64,000 bases of DNA, taken from positions 800,001 to 864,000 of the forward strand of contig CAVVPN010000003.1 of assembly GCA_963750165.1 (NCBI GenBank), given 5' to 3'. Under the pieces are notes generated by a model. That model was not told the origin of the DNA, did no database searches, and saw nothing but the letters and a program-made list of their open reading frames with translations. Below, piece after piece: positions 42,116 through 53,208 of this stretch. Positions within the stretch are counted from its first letter, which is position 1; each line of letters begins with the position of its first letter. The stretch comes from an uncultured Gemmataceae bacterium (GTDB lineage Bacteria; Planctomycetota; Planctomycetia; Gemmatales; Gemmataceae). The position numbers and the translations under genes are program-made.

Positions 42116-42547
42116 ATGGCAAATCAGACGACCAGCTCGAAGGGGAACGATCCCCGCAGCACGGCCGGCCAGGCCGTGGACAAGGCCAAGGACGTGGCTG
42201 CGCAGGCGATGGACAAGGCCCGGGACGCCGCGTCCTCGGTGGGCGAGATGGCCAGCAATGTCGCCTCGACCGTGGGCCGCAAGGCCGACGACTACACCCA
42301 CGCGGCGGGCAGCGGCATCAAAAACATCGGCGATACCATCCGCGAGCACGGCCCTCAGGAGGGCATGCTCGGCCAGGCGACCAAGTCCGTCGCCAGCACC
42401 ACCAAGGATGTCGGCCGCTATCTGGAGGAAGAGGGCCTGAGCGGCATGATGGAAGACGTGACCACCCTGATCAAGCGGAACCCCATTCCGGCCATCCTGG
42501 TCGGTCTCGGTGTGGGCGTGTTGCTGGGTCGCTTGCTGAGGAGTTAG
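42116..42547 (+). CDS. LEA-like / ElaB-YqjD-like C-tail-anchored stress protein
   Basis: DKAKD repeats; IKRNPIPAILVGLGVGVLLGRLL tail. Confidence 0.7.
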   Translation: MANQTTSSKGNDPRSTAGQAVDKAKDVAAQAMDKARDAASSVGEMASNVASTVGRKADDYTHAAGSGIKNIGDTIREHGPQEGMLGQATKSVASTTKDVGRYLEEEGLSGMMEDVTTLIKRNPIPAILVGLGVGVLLGRLLRS

Positions 42548-42551
42548 TGTC

Positions 42552-42995
42552 ATGGCTACCGAGGTCCAGAATCATCAGGACAACGCCAGCGTGGCGACGC
42601 TGGTCAGTGGCATCGTCACCGATGTCCAGGACCTCATCAAGCAGCAGCTGCAACTGACGCGCAAGGAGATCGAGGCGGACTTCCGGAAAACCCGGGAAGC
42701 TGCCTCGGTCCTGATCCTCGGGATCGGGCTTTTCTCCCTCGGCGGTATCGCACTGGTCTTGATGCTGGCCCACTTAATCCACCGCCTGACACTGCCCGCC
42801 GGGCAGGTCCACAGTTTCGATCCGGCTACCGTCCCGTTGTGGGGCTGCTTTGGCATCGTCGCTGCCGTGTTCCTGGTGGTTGGCGGCGCCCTGGCCTTCG
42901 CGGGCAAGAAGAAGTTTGACTCCTTCAACCCGCTTCCCGATGAATCCGCCCAGGCTTTGAAGGAGAATGTCGAATGGATCGCGAACAAGAGGTAA
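42552..42995 (+). CDS. Phage-holin-family (YqjE/DUF1469-like) membrane protein
   Basis: SVATLVSGIVTDVQDLIKQQLQLTRKEI, 2 TM, LKENVEWI. Confidence 0.75.
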   Translation: MATEVQNHQDNASVATLVSGIVTDVQDLIKQQLQLTRKEIEADFRKTREAASVLILGIGLFSLGGIALVLMLAHLIHRLTLPAGQVHSFDPATVPLWGCFGIVAAVFLVVGGALAFAGKKKFDSFNPLPDESAQALKENVEWIANKR

Positions 42996-43843
42996 TCCAC
43001 AAGCAAATGGAAGAGACGCGCGCAGACCTGACCGAGAAGCTGTCCGAACTGGAACAGCAGGTAGGCGGCACGGTCGCGGCGGCCACCAGTGCTGTCGAGA
43101 CCACCAAGGAGGCCGTCACCGATACCGTTGAGGCCGTGAGCAACACGGTCGAAAACGTCAAGGAAAGCTTTGAAACCACCGTCGATACCGTCAAGGACAC
43201 CGTCCAGGAGACGGTGTCCGCAGTCAAGGAGTCGGTGCGGGAGACGGTGCAGTCGGTGGCGGACACGTTCAACCTGCGGCTGCAAACCGAACGCCACCCC
43301 TGGGCGATGTTCGGCGGCTCGATCGCGGTGGGGGCGCTGGCCGGCTACTTGCTGGGGGGCAGTTCCCGGGGCAGACGGTTCCGCTACAACGCCGAGCAGA
43401 TGCGGCCGCAGCGTCTGCCGGAGCGGACGCCAGCCGAGCATGAGTCGATGTTCGGCAGCGCCGCCAGCGCCGTTGAACACGCGGCCGGCAACGTCGCCAG
43501 CACCGTGGGCCACGCGACCAGCAGCGCCGCCAGCGCCGCCGGCAAGGTGGCGAGCAAGGCCGGCGGCCTGTTCAGCGGCTGGCTCGGCGAGCAGCTCGGC
43601 GGCCTCAAGGGCCTGGCGGTCGGCGCCATGATGGGCGTGGTCCGCGACCTGGCCAGGCAGGTCGTGCCCGAGTCCGTCAAGGAGCGCGTGGCCGAGGAAA
43701 TGGACAAGTTCACGCGCAGTCTGGGCGGCGAGCCGATCAAGGGCTCGCTGCTGCCCGAGAACAACGACCAACCGGAACCGCCGCCGCACAACGGCCACGG
43801 CCAGCGCCAGGGCCAGCCGGAGACGGCCGGAGTCCGGTACTGA
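42974..43843 (+). CDS. DUF3618/LEA-like stress protein
   Basis: MEETRADLTEKL, 11-mer V..TV..VKE repeats, HPWAMFGG. Confidence 0.7.
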   Translation: MDREQEVIHKQMEETRADLTEKLSELEQQVGGTVAAATSAVETTKEAVTDTVEAVSNTVENVKESFETTVDTVKDTVQETVSAVKESVRETVQSVADTFNLRLQTERHPWAMFGGSIAVGALAGYLLGGSSRGRRFRYNAEQMRPQRLPERTPAEHESMFGSAASAVEHAAGNVASTVGHATSSAASAAGKVASKAGGLFSGWLGEQLGGLKGLAVGAMMGVVRDLARQVVPESVKERVAEEMDKFTRSLGGEPIKGSLLPENNDQPEPPPHNGHGQRQGQPETAGVRY

Positions 43844-43849
43844 GACGCG

Positions 43850-44410
43850 CAGGCAGCGCGCCAAGCCGCAAGCGGCAGAAAGATGGGTTCGCGCGAAACC
43901 ATCTTTCTGCCGCTTGCGGCTTGGTGCGCTGCCAGGCGCCGCATCTCGACGTATGAAAAAGTTGGCGTTCTTGGCGTCCTTGCTGTGGCAACCGCCGCCG
44001 GTGGTGGTCGCGCCGTGCCAGCCGCACGGGGCCAGGGGGCCGAATCTCGACATGTGAAAAAGTTGGCCCCCTTGGCCTCCTTGGCCCCCTTGCTGCGACA
44101 GCGCAGGCCCCTGCTGGTCAAGCTGTGCCCGCCGTCCCACCCCGTGCGCGATCCGCGTGCGAACCGCTCAAGTGCGTTCGGAAGCAAGGAGCGCCTCCGA
44201 GCCGCGCACGCAGCGTACGCGCGGAGTAAGGAGGCGCCGAACAACAACTTCGTAGGACGGCTCTCCAGAGCCGTCTCGACGGCTCTGGAGAGCCGTCCTA
44301 CTCTTGGAAGTTGTTGTTCGGCGCCTCCTAGAGCGATTTGCGTTTGGGTGTAGCGGAAGTCGCCAGACTTCCGAAGCCGCTACGGAAGTCTGGCGACTTC
44401 CGCTACGAGC
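43850..44410. repeat. Stacked intergenic palindromes and repeats
   Basis: GCAAGCGGCAGAAAGATGG inverted repeat; two ATCTCGAC..GAAAAAGTTGGC direct copies; nested inverted repeat 44229-44329; family D copy. Confidence 0.75.
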
Positions 44411-44594
44411 AAGCCGCTACACTCGACCGCAAAGTGCTCTAAGTGAGCGTCCGCTTACTCCGTGCGTACGCTGCGTGCGCGGCTCGGACGAGTCGTCGTT
44501 GTTTCCGAACGCTCTTGGCGCTTCCGCCCACCAAGAAAAAAAGCGGTGAGGAAAACCCTCACCGCCTCTCCCCCCTTTGCACGTCACCGTGGCG

Positions 44595-45146
44595 TTAGCA
44601 ACTGCAGGTGAAGATGTCCTCACCGTTGAGGTCCGCGAACTGCTCACGGATCTTGCTATCCTCGTCGTCGTCGTGCGGGTGAACGCCGAGGACGACGCCG
44701 CCGTCGCGGAGCGCCGCCTCGTAAGCCCTGGCGTTATCCTCCGGGATGCCCCAGCCGACCAGGACGCCGATGAGGCCGCCAGTCACGGCGCCGATGCCGC
44801 CGCCGGCGAAAGCCCCGGCCAGGGGGCCAGCGATGAACCAGGTCGCGGCGGCGGTGCCGATGCCCGGCAGCACGATGGTGCTGCCGATCATCGCGATGGC
44901 GCCCAGCGTGGCGCCGACCGCCGTGCCGATGGCGCCGCCAACGCCCAGGCCCTCGCCGGCGTGGCTGCCGGCGGTGATCTTGTCCGGTTTTTCCTTGCCC
45001 GCGTAGTAGATCGAACGGGTCTTGTCGGACATCAGGACGTTAATCTCGTTGTCCGTGTAGCCGCGGCTGTGCAGCATGTCGAGCGCGCGCTCGGCGTTCA
45101 GGCGGTCGCGAAACACTGCCGTCACCATCTTCCGATTGTCCGCCAT
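44595..45146 (-). CDS. General-stress-protein-like glycine-zipper membrane protein
   Basis: VTAVF..AERAL, EGLGVGGAIG, IAGPLAG, GLIGVLVGWGIPED.ARAYE. Confidence 0.75.
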   Translation of the reverse strand: MADNRKMVTAVFRDRLNAERALDMLHSRGYTDNEINVLMSDKTRSIYYAGKEKPDKITAGSHAGEGLGVGGAIGTAVGATLGAIAMIGSTIVLPGIGTAAATWFIAGPLAGAFAGGGIGAVTGGLIGVLVGWGIPEDNARAYEAALRDGGVVLGVHPHDDDEDSKIREQFADLNGEDIFTCSC

Positions 45147-45236
45147 GTGATTCCCCTCGCGAAAATCCAGGTCGAGTGGTCCCTCTCGCGAACCGCTCAC
45201 GGGAACAACCACCCCCATGTTGACCTGTCTTCGTTT

Positions 45237-45251
45237 GCAAACATCGTACCG
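45237..45251 (-). promoter_or_regulatory. sigma-54 -24/-12 promoter motif
   Basis: CGGTAC-GATGT-TTGCA upstream of 45146. Confidence 0.6.
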
Positions 45252-45462
45252 TTGGCGCGACCGTGGCGGTCCCCAGGGCTGCCGCGGAAATCATGGGCCC
45301 ACTCGCGAGGTCACTGGCGGCACGGTGCCGCGCTGAAGTTGGTTAGGTATTCACCTTCCTCACTTTGGGTATCCTCCTGCACCGCGATCTGCCGATCTAT
45401 AGTGGGGGTGCGCGATGAAGCTAACGACACGGCGGATATGGGTTCTCCGTCAATGATGGAGC

Positions 45463-45477
45463 CGGCATATGAATTGC
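45463..45477 (+). promoter_or_regulatory. sigma-54 -24/-12 promoter motif
   Basis: CGGCAT-ATGAA-TTGCT upstream of 45548. Confidence 0.65.
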
Positions 45478-45547
45478 TCCCGTGAATTCGCGATGCTGGC
45501 CCACAGGGGGCGAGCCTTGAGGGAACCTCATGCGAAAGGGAGCTACG

Positions 45548-46059
45548 ATGATGAGGACCGTGAAGCTGGCGACGTTGCTGGTGGTGGGGTTGACGGCGGT
45601 GGGGTGGGCCCGCGCCGGCGGCCAGGTGCTGAGCAAGGAACAGTTCGTCGCCAAGGCAATCGACATCAACCTCACGGAGGAAGACCTGGCCAAACGGGCC
45701 GTCAAGAACGCCCAGTCCGCCGAGGTGCGCAAGTATGCCGAGCACCTGATCCGCGACCACGAGAAGCTGAACCGCAAGCCCCTGGAAATGGCCAGGGAAA
45801 TGAAACTCGGCGTCGTCACGGCCGCCAGCAAGGCCAGCAAGGACGCCCAGCTCAAGCTCGGCACAGCCAGGGCGCGGACTTCGACCAGAAGTTCCTCCAC
45901 ATCATGGTGAGCGGCCACGAGAAGGCGGTCAAGCTGTTCGAGGCCAACGCCAAGGACAACAATGACCCGGTGGTGCGCAAGCTGGCCGCCGATGCGCTGC
46001 CGACGATCCGCGCTCACCTCGAAGAGGCCCGCAAACTGGAAAAAAGCCTCACCAAGTAA
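45548..46059 (+). CDS. Secreted DUF4142 protein (frameshift ~45870)
   Basis: QFVAKA..EVRKYA..LIRDH, then GADFDQKFL..MVSGH..LPTIRAHLEEA. Confidence 0.8.
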
Positions 46060-46195
46060 CCCGCACCGGGGCGGCCGCGACGGCCGCCCCGGCCTACTCC
46101 CCTTTCCTATGGTCCGGCGCTCCAATGGCGATAGAATAAGTCTGGAAGCATGTTGGCCGGCCGTTCGTGCCGGCCCAAATCTGAGGAGGTCTGCC

Positions 46196-46471
46196 ATGTT
46201 CAAGAAGTTGTTGGCGGCGGTGGTGCTGTTTACGGCCGTGGGCTTCGCCACTCTGGTCACGCCCCTCGCAGCCGACGCCCAGGTGATCCGGCCGTATAAC
46301 GGCGGCTGGCACGGCGGCTACTATGGACAGGTCTACCGGAACGGGTTCTCCCAGGGTTACTACTGGGTGCCGAACACCTACATCGGCACCAACGGCCGCG
46401 CGTACTTCGGCACCTACAGCTACCCGGGCTACTACGGCGGCACCCCACCGTACTCCGGCATGCGCCGGTGA
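46196..46471 (+). CDS. Small secreted Tyr/Gly-rich protein
   Basis: GAGGAGG RBS, signal peptide ending in ADA, Y/G-rich mature part. Confidence 0.7.
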   Translation: MFKKLLAAVVLFTAVGFATLVTPLAADAQVIRPYNGGWHGGYYGQVYRNGFSQGYYWVPNTYIGTNGRAYFGTYSYPGYYGGTPPYSGMRR

Positions 46472-46503
46472 CACGGACAGCGGTGAAACGCACCGGCCGA
46501 TTT

Positions 46504-46518
46504 CGGCACCCGAATTGC
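46504..46518 (+). promoter_or_regulatory. sigma-54 -24/-12 promoter motif
   Basis: CGGCAC-CCGAA-TTGCA upstream of 46588. Confidence 0.7.
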
Positions 46519-46587
46519 ATTGTCATCCCATGGGAATTCGGAGAAGACCGGCAAACGGTGCCGGCCGGAATCAGTGGGAGGTGCGTT

Positions 46588-46827
46588 ATGTTGAAGAAAG
46601 CACTGCTCGCCCTGGCTCTGTTCGTGACGGTGGGGTTCGCCACGCTGGCCACTCCAGACACCGCGGACGCGCGGATCTTCGGGCGTCGCTTTGGGTACTA
46701 CGGCGGGTTCTACCGGCCGTACTACGGCGGGTATTACGGCTCCTACTCGCCGTACTACTATGGCAGTTACTACCGTCCCTACTACAGCGGCTTCTACACC
46801 GCGCCGTATTACTACTATGGCTGGTGA
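46588..46827 (+). CDS. Small secreted Tyr/Gly-rich protein, paralog of the previous gene
   Basis: GGGAGG RBS; signal peptide homologous to the upstream gene (VGFATL.TP..ADA); 20 Tyr in 51 mature residues. Confidence 0.75.
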   Translation: MLKKALLALALFVTVGFATLATPDTADARIFGRRFGYYGGFYRPYYGGYYGSYSPYYYGSYYRPYYSGFYTAPYYYYGW

Positions 46828-46938
46828 GCCGCACAGTGCCGCAACCCAATCTGCCCGCACCCCCGCTGAGGCCAGTCCGTTTGCACGTGGGCTGGCCTCA
46901 CGGGGGTCTTCCGTTCATCCCAACTCTGGAGGTCTTGC

Positions 46939-47445
46939 ATGGCTACGCAGCAGAAGACAACGTCCAGCAACAACGCGGCCGCCAGCGGCCAGGTCACGCG
47001 CGAGGAGCTGATCCGCCTGCTCAACGAGGATCTGTCCCGCGAGTACCAGGCCATCATCGCCTACGTCGTCTACTCGCAGGTGCTCAAGGGCGCCGAGTAC
47101 ATGAACATTGCCCAGGAGTTGGAGAAGCACGCCGCCCAGGAACTGAAGCACGCCCTGATCGTCTCCAGCCAGATCGATTACCTGGGCGGTATGCCGAGTG
47201 TCACCCCCAAGCCGGTGCGGACCTCCGAGGACGCCCGCGAAATGCTGCGTTTCGACCTGGACAACGAGAACGAGACCATCCGCAACTACCGCGAGCGCGT
47301 CCGCCAGTGCGAGGCGCTGGGCGAGTACGCCATCGCCGAGCACCTCCGCGCCATCCTCGTCAACGAGCAGGAGCACCAGATTGATCTGGCGACCGCTCTG
47401 GGCGAGGACGTGCCCGATGTGACCACAGCTGAGCAGCGGGCGTGA
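46939..47445 (+). CDS. Ferritin-like (bacterioferritin-related) diiron protein
   Basis: LNEDLSREYQAII, QELKHA, ENETI..Y, EQEH. Confidence 0.85.
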   Translation: MATQQKTTSSNNAAASGQVTREELIRLLNEDLSREYQAIIAYVVYSQVLKGAEYMNIAQELEKHAAQELKHALIVSSQIDYLGGMPSVTPKPVRTSEDAREMLRFDLDNENETIRNYRERVRQCEALGEYAIAEHLRAILVNEQEHQIDLATALGEDVPDVTTAEQRA

Positions 47446-47483
47446 ATGGATTTTCTGCCGCCAGCGGCAGAAAAGCAGCCGCG

Positions 47484-47532
47484 GCGCGCAACAAAAACCC
47501 CCACCAGTCAGGTGGGGGTTTTTGTTGCGCGC
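47484..47532. terminator. Bidirectional intrinsic terminator
   Basis: GCGCGCAACAAAAACCCCCACC-agtca-GGTGGGGGTTTTTGTTGCGCGC between convergent genes. Confidence 0.8.
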
Positions 47533-47556
47533 TGCGCTTATGGTTCGGGGCCGCCG

Positions 47557-48207
47557 TTACACCGTGATGCGCGGCTGCCCAGGAGGGGCGGTGCTGGCCC
47601 ACGCCGAGCGGACTCCGAAGCCCACCAGCCGCAACGTGGGGCCCGAGCCCGCCAACGCTCCGGCGATGGCCGCGAGCATCGACAGCACGATACCGCCGAA
47701 CGTCCACCACGCGGCGCTGACCATCCGCGAATTGCGGGCGCTGTCCTCCGCCTGCCGCTGGGCGGTCTCGGTGCGCACCGTGGTTGTCGTCGTGACCTGC
47801 ACGTTCTGGTTTGACGCCGTCGCGGGGTTGAACGTCTCGCCCATCACGCCCACGAAGCCGACGTTGACGCGCGTGGCCATCAGCGCCAGCAGCATTGTGA
47901 AGATGGTGCCCCACAGGATGACGCCGTAGATCACCGACTCCTCCTTGGTCTCGCCAGCGGTACAGCGGCTGACCACGCAGCCGCCGCTGAACAGCGCCAG
48001 GATCAGCGTCAGGATCGCCCAGATGGCGGCGCCCATGCTGATGTCAGTGTCGCCCTGCTTGTACAGGATGGTGGCGCCGATCGCCGTGCCCAGCACGCTG
48101 AGCAGGAAAAGGACGGCCACAGTGGTCATCGCGCCGCCCAGGATCGCCCCCCAGCTGACGCGGCTGCGCACGCCCGCCACGTCCTGCAATTGCACTTCGT
48201 TCGTCAT
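47557..48207 (-). CDS. Conserved stress-associated membrane protein (RVSWGAI motif)
   Basis: SRVSWGAILGG, 4 TM segments, AAWWTF. Confidence 0.7.
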   Translation of the reverse strand: MTNEVQLQDVAGVRSRVSWGAILGGAMTTVAVLFLLSVLGTAIGATILYKQGDTDISMGAAIWAILTLILALFSGGCVVSRCTAGETKEESVIYGVILWGTIFTMLLALMATRVNVGFVGVMGETFNPATASNQNVQVTTTTTVRTETAQRQAEDSARNSRMVSAAWWTFGGIVLSMLAAIAGALAGSGPTLRLVGFGVRSAWASTAPPGQPRITV

Positions 48208-48276
48208 CGGTGTTCTCCCTCGGTTCAGGTGTCGTCTTCCGGATCAGTCCGGGTTACGTTCGCATCCCTTCCTCTT

Positions 48277-48291
48277 GCAAACGATGTGCCT
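48277..48291 (-). promoter_or_regulatory. sigma-54 -24/-12 promoter motif
   Basis: AGGCAC-ATCGT-TTGCA upstream of 48207. Confidence 0.7.
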
Positions 48292-48470
48292 TCGCTGGCG
48301 CCGCCGTGTGTGCGGTGGGGTTCGCTCGGCAATCCCCAATGCCCCTGCCCCCGTTGACAGCCGCGGCCGTGCGCGAGAAACTACCCCAACGCGGCAATCC
48401 AGGCCCACCCGCAGATGGACGGTCGCGAACGCTGACCTACCACCCTGATCCGTCCCCGGAGGCCCCCATC

Positions 48471-51400
48471 ATGTTGCACCGTTCTCCGCGCCGCCTCGGC
48501 CTGGCGCTGGTGAGTCCCATTGTCGCCGTCGCCCTGGCATTGTGGCCCGCGGCCGCCGGCGACAAGGGCGGCCTCGACATCATCGCCACCCTCAAGGGCC
48601 ACGACCAGGAGGTGTACGCCATCGCCTTCAGCCCCGACGGCAAGCAGGTCGTGACCGGCAGCTTCGACCACAAGGCCAAGCTCTGGGATGCCGCCACCGG
48701 CAAGGAACTGCGCACCTTCGCCGGGCCGCAGGGCCACACCAAGCAGGTGCTCACCGTCGCCTTCAGCCCCGACGGCCATCACATCGCCACCGGCGGCGCC
48801 GACAACACCCTCAAACTGTGGGACGTGCCCAGTAATTCGCCGCTGCGGGCGCTGCTCGAAAAGGACGCGGTGAACGGCATCGCCCTGAGCGCCGACGGCA
48901 CCAAGCTGGCGACTGCCGGCAAGGACGGCCTGGTCAAGCTGTGGAACGCCGCCGATTTCAAGCCGCTGTTCACGATGAGCGGCCACAGCGGCCCCGTCAC
49001 CGCGGTCGCGTTCAGCGCCAACGGCCAGACGCTCGCCAGCAGCGGTAGTGACCGGACGGTGCGCTTCTGGGCCGTCGCCAACGGCCAGTCGGTCGGCGTC
49101 ATCGGGGCGCACACCGCGGCGGCGAACAACGTCGTCTTCCACCCGAACAACACCACCGCCTACAGCGTCGGCGGCGACGGCATGCTGAAGTTCTGGCAGG
49201 TGCCGCCGCCGGCGTCGCGGTCGCTGGCCGGCCACACCGACGCGGTGACGGCGCTGGCGCTCAGCTCCGACAACAGCCAGGTGCTGACCGCCGGCGCGGA
49301 CAAGACGGTGCGCGGCTTCACGTTCGCCAACGGCCAGCTGGCGCGGACGCTGACCGGCGCCACCGCGGCGGTCAACGCGGTGGCGGTCAACAGCAACACG
49401 TCGCTGGTCGTCGGCGGCGCGGCGGACGGCCAGGTGTTTTACTGGAACGGCGCGGACAACAAGCTTATCGGGCACCAGTTGGCCCACGCGGGCGGTGTCA
49501 CGGGCGTGAGCGTGCATCCGCAGAACACGCAGTCTGCTGACGGGCGGGGCGGACGGGCTGGCCAAGCTGTGGGCGCTGCCGCCGGTGCCGCCGCGGACGT
49601 TCGCGCACCCGGAGCCGGTGCAGTATGCGGTCGCCAGCGCTGACGGCAAGAAGGTGTACACCGCGGCGGGCAACAAGGTCCGCACCTGGGACGTGGCCAA
49701 GGGCGCCATCGAGAAGGAGTACGCGGGCCACGCGGCGGCGGTCACCGCGGTGGCGGTCAGTCCGAACGGGCAAATCCTCGTCTCCGGCGGCGCCGACCCG
49801 GCCATCCGCTTCCGGGATCAGAAGACCGGCAAGGAGGAACACCAGTACGGTCACGACGGCGGCGCCATCACGTCGCTGGCGATCAACGCCGCCGGGAATC
49901 AGCTGCTGTCGGCGGAGGCGAAGGGCCATGTGAAAGTGTGGTCGCTGCCGCCGGTGCCGCCGAAGGCGCTGCCGCACGGCGACGCGGTGACGTGCGTGGC
50001 CGTCAGCGCCGACGGGGCGAAGGTGCTGACCGGCGGCAGCGACAAGACGGTGCGACTGTGGAACGCCGCCACCGGGGCGAAGGAGCGCGACTTCACCGGC
50101 CCGGCTGGCAAGGTGCTGGCGGTGGCGTTCAGCCCGGATGGCAAGTACATCGCGGCGGCCAGCGAGGACAAGGCCGTGACGGTGTGGACGACCGCCGACG
50201 GCAAGCAGGTGAAGAAGTACGCATTGCCCGCGGCGGGGGCGGCGGTGGCGTTCAGCCCGGCCAACAAGACGTTCGCGGTCGGCGGTGCGGATAACATCAT
50301 TCGCGTGTTTGACGTGACCAAGGACAAGGAGGAAAAGGCGCTCACGGGCCACACGGGGACGGTGACGGGTTTGGCGTACCTCGGCAAGGGCGAGCAACTG
50401 CTGTCGGGCAGCGCGGACGCCACGGTGCAGCTGTGGAACGTCGCCCAGGCGAAATCCGAGAAGCAATTCAAGCTCAACGCGCCGGTGCTCAGCCTGAGCG
50501 TGAGCAAGAACGGCGGCACGTTCGCCGCCGCGATGGAGAAGATGGTGCTTGTCCGTGCGCTGGACGCCAAGGGCGACGGTGACGGCTTCGCGGCCAACAA
50601 GGTTCGCTCCGCCAGCCTGTCGCCGGACGGTGCGAAGCTCGCCGTCGCCACGGCGGACAACCGCGTCACCGTCTACAACGCTGCCGCGGGCCGGGCCTAC
50701 GGCGTCAGCACCGAGTTCTTCACTCACGACGGCGTGCAGGCAGTCGCGTTCCACCCGGACGGCAAGCGCCTCGTGAGCGGCGGCGGCGACAAGGCGGCGC
50801 GTGTCTGGACGCAGGCGCTGCTGTGGCAAACCCAGCGAACCGGGAAGCCGGAGGTCGCCATCTACAGCCCCAAGGGCGACCTGATCATCGCCGCCGGCGA
50901 CAAGGCCATCAAAATCTACCAGGCGGCCGACGGCAAGGAACTGCGCACCATCGCTGCGAACGACGGCCCGGTGAACAGACTGAGCCTCAGCGCCGACGGC
51001 ACGCGCCTCACAGCCGCCGGCGCGAGGGACAAGCTCGTCAAGGTGTGGGACACCGCCGCCAAGGGCGATGATCCGCTGGCTACGTTCGAGGTGGGCGCGA
51101 ATGCGCACGCGGTTATCAGCCCCAACGGCCAGCGTGTGGCGGTCACCAGCGTCGGGCAGGACCTGATCACCAACCTGCAAGTCTTTGACCTGGTGCTGGG
51201 CCGCGAGGTGCAGACCTTCCGCGACAAGCAGCTGTACGCCGAGGGCTTCCTGCCCGACAACCGCACGCTGCTGGTCAGCAGCCCGGCCGGGAAAAACGTC
51301 CAGTTGCTGGACGTGAACGTGCTGACCGCCTTCGATGCCCACAAGGGCGGCGTCGTCAGCGCCCAGTATCACAGCAGCGGCGCCTTGATCCTGACCGCCG

Positions 51401-53119
51401 GCAAGGACAACACCGTCAAACTCTGGGATGTGGTCAAAAGCAACGTGCTGAAAACGAAGACCTTCGGCCCCTTCCCCGACCCGGTGCGCGCCGCCGTGTT
51501 CAGCCGTGATTTCACGCAGGTCGGCGCCGCGGTCGGCAAGAGCGTCAAGGTGTGGAACGTCGCCGACGGCAAGGAAGTGCTGACGCTGCCGCACCCGGCG
51601 GAGGTCGCGGCGCTATCGTTCAGCGCCGACAAGACGCGCATCGCCACCGCCGCGGCGGACAAACAAACGCGGCTCTGGGACGCGGCCACCGGCAAGGAAC
51701 TACAATTCTTCGCGCAGCCCGGTGCCGTGCAGACGGTCCTCTATCACCCGAACAACGCGGCGATCCTGAGCGGCGGCACCGACAAGGTGGTCAGCATCGA
51801 CGCGCCGGCGATTCAACGGTTGATCCCCGCCGCGACGGCACCGCTGCACGCGCTGACGCTGACGCCGAACGCCACACACGTCGTCACCGCCGGGGCTGAT
51901 AAAACCGTGACGTTCTGGAACCTCGCCAACGGCAACAAGGAAAAAACCTTCGGCGGCGCGACGGTCACGCTGTTCGCGGTGGCGCTCAACAAGGCCAACA
52001 CGCTGCTCGCGGCCGGCGGCGCCGACAAGCGCGTGCGCTTGTATAACCTCGCGGACGGCAAGGAAATCAAGGCCGTGGCGCTGGGCGGCGCAGTCAAGAC
52101 GCTACAGTTCAGCCCGAACAACCTGGCGCTGGCGGCCGGAAGTGCGGACAAAACGCTGCAAGTGTGGAGCACGCCGTTCACACCCGGACAGCCGTTGTCG
52201 CCGGACCTGCTGAAGCCGCTGCAAACCTTCACGCACGACGGCGCCGTGACCGATGTGGCCTTCGCCGCGGACAATGCCACGCTGTACGCCAGCAGTCTCG
52301 GCAACAGCGTCAAGGCGTTCCGCGTTGCGGCGGACGCACCGACCAAGAGTTTCGGGCACCCGAACCAGGTGTACGCGGTGGCGTTCAGCCCCAACGGCAA
52401 CCTGCTGGCGACCGGCAATGTCGATGGCAAAATCCGCATTTACGACGTGGCCAAGGCCACGCTGGTCAAGGAGATCAACGCCCACACGGTCAAGGACATG
52501 ACGCAGATTTACAACGTCGCCTTCACGCCGGACGGCAAGCAGATCGCCAGCTGCAGCTACGACAACAGCATCAAACTGTTCGACGCCACGAGCGGGGCGC
52601 TGGTCAAGGAGTTCAAGGCGTACAAGGTGAAGGACTTCGAGAAGGGTCACCGCGACCCGGTCTTCAGCATCGCGATCAGCCCGGACGGCAAATTTCTGGC
52701 AAGCGGCTCGGGCGGCATCGAGCGCGTCATCAAAATCTGGAACCTCGCCGACGGCAGTGTGGTGCGCGACCTGAACAACCCGAAGCTGAAGCGCTTCGGC
52801 GTGAAGCCGCCACCGAAGTCGCACCCGGGCTGGATCTACGCCCTGCGCTTCACGAAGGACGGCAAGCTCGTCAGCGTCGGCGACGCGCCGATCAACAAGG
52901 GCTACCTGGCGGTCTGGAACCCGCAAGACGGCAAGCTGCTCTACGGCGAAGAACTGCCGCTGGGCTCGTTCTACGCGCTGGCACTGACGGCGAACGGCGA
53001 CCGCTTGGCCATCGCCGCGGGGCCGCGGCAGACCGACGCCGGGGTTCAACAGTGGGTATGTGGTCAAGATGCCCGTGAAGGGAGCGCCAAGCGGCAAGCC
53101 GCAGAAACAGGAGCGCTAA
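48471..53119 (+). CDS. Large secreted WD40-repeat protein (frameshifts ~49530 and ~53025)
   Basis: Signal peptide; many GH..V..VAFSPDG..D.TVKLWD repeats across frames. Confidence 0.85.
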
Positions 53120-53208
53120 GCGGCAAGCCGCAGAAAGAAGGCACCGAGCGCCGGGTCTTTTCTTTCTGCGGCTTGCCGCTTAGCGCTTCCGCCATCAAGG
53201 GAGTGAGC

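Noticed and set aside
42552..42995. Holin-family gene as evidence of a prophage
   Set aside because: No phage structural or lysis genes nearby; the context is a stress-gene triad
46869..46885. Sigma-54-like motif before the ferritin-like gene
   Set aside because: GG-to-GC spacing is one base too long; the gene is more likely read from the 46504 promoter
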